Below, one piece after another: positions 57,798 to 64,000 of a stretch of 64,000 nt of DNA. Positions within the stretch are counted from its first letter, which is position 1, and each line of letters begins with the position of its first letter. The position numbers and the translations under genes were made by a program. The DNA comes from an uncultured delta proteobacterium. GTDB taxonomy: Bacteria > Desulfobacterota > WTBG01 > CAIYCZ01. The stretch spans positions 256,001-320,000 of the forward strand of contig CAWDOY010000003.1 of the NCBI GenBank assembly GCA_963803975.1. The letters run 5' to 3'. The notes under the pieces were generated by a model. That model was given only the letters and a program-made list of their open reading frames with translations. It was not told the DNA's origin and did not search any database.

Positions 57798-58583
57798 ATG
57801 ATCAAACACACCTTCAGCATTCTGCCGGGCATTGGCGACAAACTTGAAAAAAGGCTCTGGAGAAATGGCATAGTAACCTGGGAAGATTTCCTTGCGGCTA
57901 CTGATATTGATTTCTTGAGCACTGACACAAAAAAACTCTACGACGCCATACTCAGCGAAGCTTTGCAAAACCTCGATAGAGGTAATTTTTCTTTTTTCGC
58001 CGAAACCCTTAAGCACGGCGATCAGTGGCGACTCTTTCAGCTTGTGCGCAGTAAAACTGTTGCACTTGATATAGAAACTAATGGCGGCATTGCAGGTAAT
58101 GGCGGCCAGGTGACTGTTGTGGGTCTATTTGACGGCTTTGATTATAAAGCGCTGGTGAGGGGAAAAGATTTAAGCAGAGGTACCCTTGCAAAAGAACTCT
58201 CCCGCTACAGCTACGTGATAACCTTTTTCGGTTCTGTATTTGACCTGCCGTATATTCGTGAAATATATGGACTGAGCTTTGCAATGCCCCATTTTGATCT
58301 TTGTTTCAGCGGCCGGAAAGCAGGGCTCAGAGGGGGGCTGAAGAAGGTTGAGAAACTTCTGGGCATACAGCGGGATGAATCAATAAGGGGCTTTGATGGC
58401 TTTGACGCAGTACGGCTCTGGGTTGATGTGCAGCGCGGCAACGCTGCTGCTCTTGAACTCCTCATTACCTATAACCGTTATGACACCGTGAATCTGTTTC
58501 GGCTTGCTGATATTATTTATGAACGGCTCTTTGCGCAGACAGGAATAGCTGAATGTATTCCCGGTTCTGACCGTAATTCTTAG
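57798..58583 (+). CDS. RNase H-like (YprB-type) exonuclease domain protein
   Basis: ALDIET, FDLP, GGLKKVE, YNRYD. Confidence 0.85.
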   Translation: MIKHTFSILPGIGDKLEKRLWRNGIVTWEDFLAATDIDFLSTDTKKLYDAILSEALQNLDRGNFSFFAETLKHGDQWRLFQLVRSKTVALDIETNGGIAGNGGQVTVVGLFDGFDYKALVRGKDLSRGTLAKELSRYSYVITFFGSVFDLPYIREIYGLSFAMPHFDLCFSGRKAGLRGGLKKVEKLLGIQRDESIRGFDGFDAVRLWVDVQRGNAAALELLITYNRYDTVNLFRLADIIYERLFAQTGIAECIPGSDRNS

Positions 58584-58602
58584 CATGCAGGGAGGGTAGC
58601 AT

Positions 58603-59728
58603 ATGTCATTAAAGAACTGAGTTGAAAAGCTTTATTAACGAAACACTGCGCATACCGCTCGTTGGAGTTGCCGCTGCCGATGACATCGCTGTCGAGCACA
58701 CCATGAGAATTACATGCGTGCTGCAGCAATTCTCCAATGCGACGCCCCTTGCTGAAGGCAGTGATTCCATCCTTCAGCCCCGTGATTTTTTGGAAAAAGC
58801 GCGCTCGGTGATAATAATCGGCATGCCTGCCTACTTTGGAAAAACTGCAAGCTTTGAGGAATGCCGGAAAGACCTGCTCGGAAAAGTTGAGCCATCGCAC
58901 GTCAACACCCTCTTTCTGCAGAATGGTGCTGAGAGAAATGATGCTATCGGCTCTTTTTTCACTGACCGGGGCTTTCAGTGCGTTCCGGTTTTTGGGCTTC
59001 AATTTCCGATAAAGCTTCTGGCGTCACAGTGCGGAGTCGGCTTTTACGGTAAAAACAGCATCATCCAGCATCCTGAGTACGGCGCATGGATATCGCTCTC
59101 AGCTTTTATAACCGACGCGGCGCTTGAACCGGACGAGCCGATAACCGGTGAGTGCGGAAGCTGCGAGCAGTGCCTCAAGGCATGCCCGACAGGAGCGCTC
59201 TTCGCTCCGTACCAGTGTGATGTAAACCGCTGCATGGATTTCCATCTCGGGCACAACAAGAAGTTTATCCCGTATTCCATTAGAGATAAGACCGGGAGCC
59301 TGCTTGGCGAAGGCTGCACGATCTGCAGGGATGTGTGTCCCAAAAATCATAAACTCGCTGAGGTTATTGGTTTTGAAGCACCGGCAAGCCTTCTCTATCC
59401 ACCGCTGCTCACTATGCTCGATATGAGTGATGAGGAATGGGAGAACGGCTTTGCCATGACGCTTATGGGGTTTTTCCTTATGGACAAGCGCTATCTGAAA
59501 AGAAACGCGTGCATAGCGCTTGGCAACTTCAAGGACACGCGGGCCATTGAAGCGCTGGCAACCGTCCTTAAAAACGGGGAAGATGAGGTGCGCGGGTATG
59601 CTGCATGGGCGCTGGGAAGCATAGGCGGAGAAAAAATCGTCGCTATCCTGAAGGCTGCTGCCCTTAAAGAACGAAATAAACAGGTGCTTGAGGAAATTGC
59701 AGCCGCGCTCAGTACAGCTCAATCATAA
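58603..59728 (+). CDS. queG: Epoxyqueuosine reductase-like Fe-S protein with HEAT repeats
   Basis: GFYGKN, CGSCEQCLKACPTGA, GCTICRDVCP, RNACIALGN; indel close to the start. Confidence 0.72.
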
Positions 59729-59911
59729 CAATATAAAAACCACTGCAAGAGAACTTAAAGCACTTGTAACTCGAAGTCAACCCCTGTCTATTTAAAATTC
59801 GCGTATTTGAACGCATCAGCTTTTTCATTGACGCCTGCGCACTCTTATTTTATACTCCATTTTGTTCAATTACTTACGAAAATAACTACTGATATAATTC
59901 CACAAAAATTA

Positions 59912-61219
59912 ATGCTGCTTGATATAATTTTCATCCTGATTTTTATTATTATAAATGGCTTCTTTGCCGCCTCTGAAATTGCGGTTGTCTCCATGAGGCG
60001 ATCGCGCATAAAGCAGCTCATAGAGGAGGGTAAGCTCAATGCACATGTTTTGAACCGGCTGCGGGAGGACCCTGACCGTTTTCTTGCCACCATCCAGATT
60101 GGCGTCACTGTTGCCGGAGCTCTGGCATCGGCGATAGGCGGTGCCGCTGCAGTGGAAACCCTAAAGCCTTTTTTTAAGAGCATCCCCATATCCTTCATAT
60201 CCGCCGCCAGCGGGCCCATTGCCATCGGCATAGTTGTTTTAATCATTGCCTATGTATCCTTGATCTTCGGCGAGCTGGTACCAAAATCCATAGCCCTTTC
60301 AAACCCCGAAGCAATAGCGCTGTTTACCGCCCCTTTAATTGACCGGTTCTCACGGATATCCTCTATATTTGTTCGTATCCTGACGTTCACTACCAATCTT
60401 TTGCTGAAACCCTTCGGTAAAAAATCATTTCATGAGAGGGGGTACATTTCAGAGGAGGAGGTGCGGCTCCTGCTGGAAGAAGGCGGGGAGCGCGGTGTCT
60501 TTGAGCACGATGAAAAGGAGTTGATCCACAGCGTGTTTGAGTTTACCGATACGTTTGTCCGGGAAGTTATGGTGCCATCCCCGCAGATGGTTACCATTGG
60601 CATTACCATGCCGGTGGATGAAGTAAAGACTATAATAGCAAAAGAGAAATTCTCCCGCTATCCGGTGACGGGAAAAGACCTTAACGACATCCGGGGAGTT
60701 CTCTACGCGAAGGATTTTTACAGCCTTTATTCCATGACCGGTAACGTTGAGCTGCACAAGATCGTGAAGCCGCCCCTGTATATACCCGAAACCATGAAGG
60801 TCAGCATTCTTCTGCGCGAGATGCAGAAAAAGCGTGTACATATGGCAGTGGTAATAGATGAGTACGGCGCTGTTTCAGGGCTCGTAACCCTTGAAGACCT
60901 GCTCGAGGAGATTGTCGGTGAGATACGCGATGAGTATGACACCGAGAGCCCGGTTATTGAGCTTGCAGACGGGTCTCTCATCATAGACGCCTCAATCAGC
61001 ACCAGCGACCTGCAGGAGGACTATGGCATTGCAATCCCGGAATCTCCCGACTATGAGACGCTCGGCGGTTTTATCCTGACCCACCTCCAGTTTATACCAA
61101 AGGCTGGAGACTGTATCGAGCTGGATGATAAAAAACTGAAAGTGGTGGAAATGGTTGGCCAGAGAATAGCGAAGGTGAAGCTGGAAAAAAACAAGACTTC
61201 CGGCGGTGAAGTGCGTTAA
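59912..61219 (+). CDS. Hemolysin/CNNM family protein (DUF21-CBS-CorC)
   Basis: NGFFAASEIA, GELVPKS, VIDEYG, LEDLLEEIVGEI. Confidence 0.92.
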   Translation: MLLDIIFILIFIIINGFFAASEIAVVSMRRSRIKQLIEEGKLNAHVLNRLREDPDRFLATIQIGVTVAGALASAIGGAAAVETLKPFFKSIPISFISAASGPIAIGIVVLIIAYVSLIFGELVPKSIALSNPEAIALFTAPLIDRFSRISSIFVRILTFTTNLLLKPFGKKSFHERGYISEEEVRLLLEEGGERGVFEHDEKELIHSVFEFTDTFVREVMVPSPQMVTIGITMPVDEVKTIIAKEKFSRYPVTGKDLNDIRGVLYAKDFYSLYSMTGNVELHKIVKPPLYIPETMKVSILLREMQKKRVHMAVVIDEYGAVSGLVTLEDLLEEIVGEIRDEYDTESPVIELADGSLIIDASISTSDLQEDYGIAIPESPDYETLGGFILTHLQFIPKAGDCIELDDKKLKVVEMVGQRIAKVKLEKNKTSGGEVR

Positions 61220-61402
61220 AGCATTCCCTGACAGCCCTGCATCTTTTCTGCGTGCTTCCCGCCTGGTACTGCGTTTCAATAACCGCGGCCTTGTGCCGCG
61301 CCTGCCCGGGCACTGCTTTTTGATTGCTAATTTTATTGTATCATAGTAGATAAACTCACGAATGCAACATTCTATTTTTATTGCCAGTAATGGAGGAACA
61401 CC

Positions 61403-62030
61403 ATGGGCTTCAGCTTAATGCCAAAAGGCAAAGACTTCTTTAATTTATTTGATAAGCAGGCGACCCTTGCGGTAGAGGCAGCGCGCTTTTTTATTGAGCT
61501 GTGCCAGTCCGGGAAATTTCGACGATGCAAACATACAAAAAATGCGCGACATCGAGCATGAGGGAGATATTCTCACCCATGAGATTATTGATACGCTGAA
61601 CCGCACCTTCATCACGCCATTTGACCGCGAAGATATTCATGCCCTCACCTCGGAACTTGACGATGTCGTTGACCTCATACATGCAATCACAACCCGCATG
61701 CGCCTGTACCGCCTTACTGTACCAGACCCTCATTTAATGCAATTTGCTGAAATCATTGAGCAATCAGCCCGGGCACTGGCCAAAGCAATAAACGGGCTCA
61801 AGGAAATTGATCGTCCCCGGCCGATCCTTGATTACTGCATTGAGATAAATCGCCTTGAAAATGTCGGCGATCAGATTCGGGAAAACGCCATAGGAAGTCT
61901 TTTTGAAAATTCAACTGATCCTGTTTCCATAATCAAATGGAAAGAGATTTATGAAGTTGCAGAAGTTGTTCTCGATAAATGTGAAGACGTTGCAAATATC
62001 GTAGAATCTATCATCGTGAAACAGGGCTGA
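61403..62030 (+). CDS. DUF47 phosphate-transport regulator (PhoU-like; frameshift near 61500)
   Basis: EHEGD, FITPFDREDI, IIKWKEIYE, DKCEDVA; ATG after GGAGG. Confidence 0.88.
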
Positions 62031-62101
62031 CAGTGGTTTTTTAGTTTGAAATCGTCCGGGTAGTATGGTATACAGGATAACCTTTAAAATGTTTCTAAGC
62101 T

Positions 62102-62179
<78 letters not shown>

Positions 62180-62186
62180 CTATCAC

Positions 62187-62228
62187 AGGGGTTAATCCGG
62201 AACGTACCTGATTAACCCCTTCTTTTTT
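62187..62228 (+). terminator. Terminator after tRNA-Glu
   Basis: aggggttaatc/gattaacccct + T tract. Confidence 0.8.
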
Positions 62229-62239
62229 ATCCACCATCG

Positions 62240-63073
62240 GTGATGCCAGTGAGATTGTCAGGCAGATATGTAATGCTTTTAATTGTATTTCTTGTAGCAG
62301 CCGGGATTAGCAGCGCCGCCCCCATGTTCGCAGAAGAAAATATTCCGGCTGGAAATACTCTCCCTGCAGTGCCTTCCGGCACGCTCTACCAGGTTGCCTT
62401 TAAAGCAGCGCGGCCGGTGAACGGCATGGCAATCGCTGAATATTCAACCGGGGAAGTTCTGGCCTCATGGTCTTTCAGCGGCAGCGCATCTTCCTCTTCC
62501 ACCGGCACCTATTATAATAATGATACTGCGGGGCGGAAATTCCTCCTGAGTATTAAAGACAGCGGGGACGGTGGACAGTTTATCAGCGTGACGTCACGAT
62601 TTGCCAATCTGCTGCGCATGAAAATAACCTATGCTGACGGCATTGGTCAGGAAATAGTGCCGGATTTTCCCATTGTCTTATTCAACTGTTCTTTTGAAGA
62701 TATGACGGCCTGCGCGCCGGGCGGCAGCCTTTCCTCTCCCTACCAGGACTGCAGCCGCGCCTTTGCCGGCTATGTGGAACTGGTTGTCACCCATAGCAAC
62801 GGAACATGGAAGGAATTCGAGCAGAATGTTTTACAGCCTTTGAAAATATCTCCTGAGTGGAATGCTGCCGATATTTGTACTTTTGTGTTTCGTAAACTTG
62901 ACCGGGGCTTTTATGCTGAGGTCCGCATAACCACCCCTAACTGTCTGCAAACAGTGTCACAGAAGCTTCAGGGCAATCCTGCAATTCTTTCAGCGCAGGG
63001 ACGCCAGCTTATTGTCAATTATAAAACTGCTGCTCAGCCTCCGGTACCTCCAGTACCCATAATTCAGGACTGA
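62240..63073 (+). CDS. Hypothetical exported protein
   Basis: 277-aa ORF with signal-like N-terminus; no recognisable motif. Confidence 0.6.
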   Translation: MMPVRLSGRYVMLLIVFLVAAGISSAAPMFAEENIPAGNTLPAVPSGTLYQVAFKAARPVNGMAIAEYSTGEVLASWSFSGSASSSSTGTYYNNDTAGRKFLLSIKDSGDGGQFISVTSRFANLLRMKITYADGIGQEIVPDFPIVLFNCSFEDMTACAPGGSLSSPYQDCSRAFAGYVELVVTHSNGTWKEFEQNVLQPLKISPEWNAADICTFVFRKLDRGFYAEVRITTPNCLQTVSQKLQGNPAILSAQGRQLIVNYKTAAQPPVPPVPIIQD

Positions 63074-63323
63074 TGAATTCTTCTCAAGCCTATCCCCTGC
63101 TGAAGCTTTCACCAATAATCACCCCTTGTTCTTTATCTGTTTTCTGTTTGTATTTAAATAAATCTTGGATATAATCCACCCGTATGTCTCTGGAAGATAT
63201 TCTCATTGCCATTGAAAAACCGCTCTCATTTGCTGCAAAAAACAATTTTGCAAACCTTCCCCATATCATAAATCTTAGTGAAATAGTCCGCTGCCCTTGC
63301 AGATAAGGGGCTTTCTGAGACAA

Positions 63324-64000
63324 ATGATTATAACCTATCAGGATTTATTATCTAAATTAAAGAGTTTATTTTCCGCTTTTTCATCTTCGGAAGAGCCGCA
63401 GAAGAGAGCAGCTATTGTGCAGTCTTTGGAAATTATAAAAAAGCTGCGTACCCCGTTACCTCATGCTGAGACTCATGTGCAGAGTCCTGTTTCGTATTAT
63501 GATGCACATAAAATGCTCTGCGTCATCAATCCAGTACGTGAAAGGCGTCGGGCCCAAATTATCCGAGATACTCTCCCGCAGGAACATCGCTACCATTGAG
63601 GACGCCCTCTACTTCCTGCCCCGTACCTATCTTGACCGGAGAAGATTTCAAAAGATTGCCGACTTGAGGAGCGGCGAAGAGGCGACCGTGATGGGGGTTA
63701 TCATCTCCACCGGCAAGGCAGCTTCCTTCAAGCGCAGGAGCATATTTGAGATCGCCGTTGATGACGGCAGCCAGACACTGGTCGCCAAATGGTTCAACTT
63801 CAGCCCCCAGTACCAGGGAGCGCTAAAGAATAAATTCAAGAACGGCCAGAAGGTCATTCTTTCCGGCCGGGTTGCTGATTTTCGCTTTCAAAAAGAGATC
63901 CACCACCCGGACATTGAGCTGATAGATGAAGACGAGGATTTGGGCCCTGATTTTAAAGCAATCATACCGGTCTATCCCTTGAGCGAGGGCCTGCACCAGA
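63324..64000 (+). CDS. recG: ATP-dependent DNA helicase RecG, 5' part (runs off the window; frame change near 63520)
   Basis: IQYVKGVGPK, DALYFLPRTYLDR, AKWFN, HPDIE, IIPVYPLSEGL wedge-domain motifs. Confidence 0.88.

Overview
Chromosomal window of an anaerobic Gram-negative bacterium, probably Desulfobacterota/deltaproteobacterial (inferred from gene content). Core genes occupy about 1-23.3 kb: speB, pyruvoyl arginine decarboxylase, Do-family protease, eno, pcm, apgM, ligA, ExeA-SPOR, an M16 peptidase pair, TPR protein, glgC, NfeD/slipin, tRNA-Phe, purA, tRNA-Lys. More core genes occupy about 54.7-64 kb: AAA/VWA pair, QueG-like, hemolysin/CBS, DUF47, tRNA-Glu, recG. Between them is a ~31 kb accessory block starting at tRNA-Lys. 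It holds a 48-bp att duplication, a tyrosine-integrase remnant, a repeat-delimited set of cargo genes and a family of module-shuffled Thr-rich surface proteins. Three non-obvious signals stand out: (i) three secreted-protein genes share an RBS + 13-15-codon leader ORF + conserved terminator hairpin; (ii) two homologous promoter-hairpin units with anti-Shine-Dalgarno loops flank the block; (iii) a BspA-type LRR array has a nucleotide-invariant framework and short hypervariable windows. Many genes, including essential ligA, carry small frameshifts, so most are treated as probable sequencing/assembly indels rather than true pseudogenes. No CRISPR array, rRNA or intact integrase/transposase was seen. 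Product calls come from motif recognition by eye; no database search was run.
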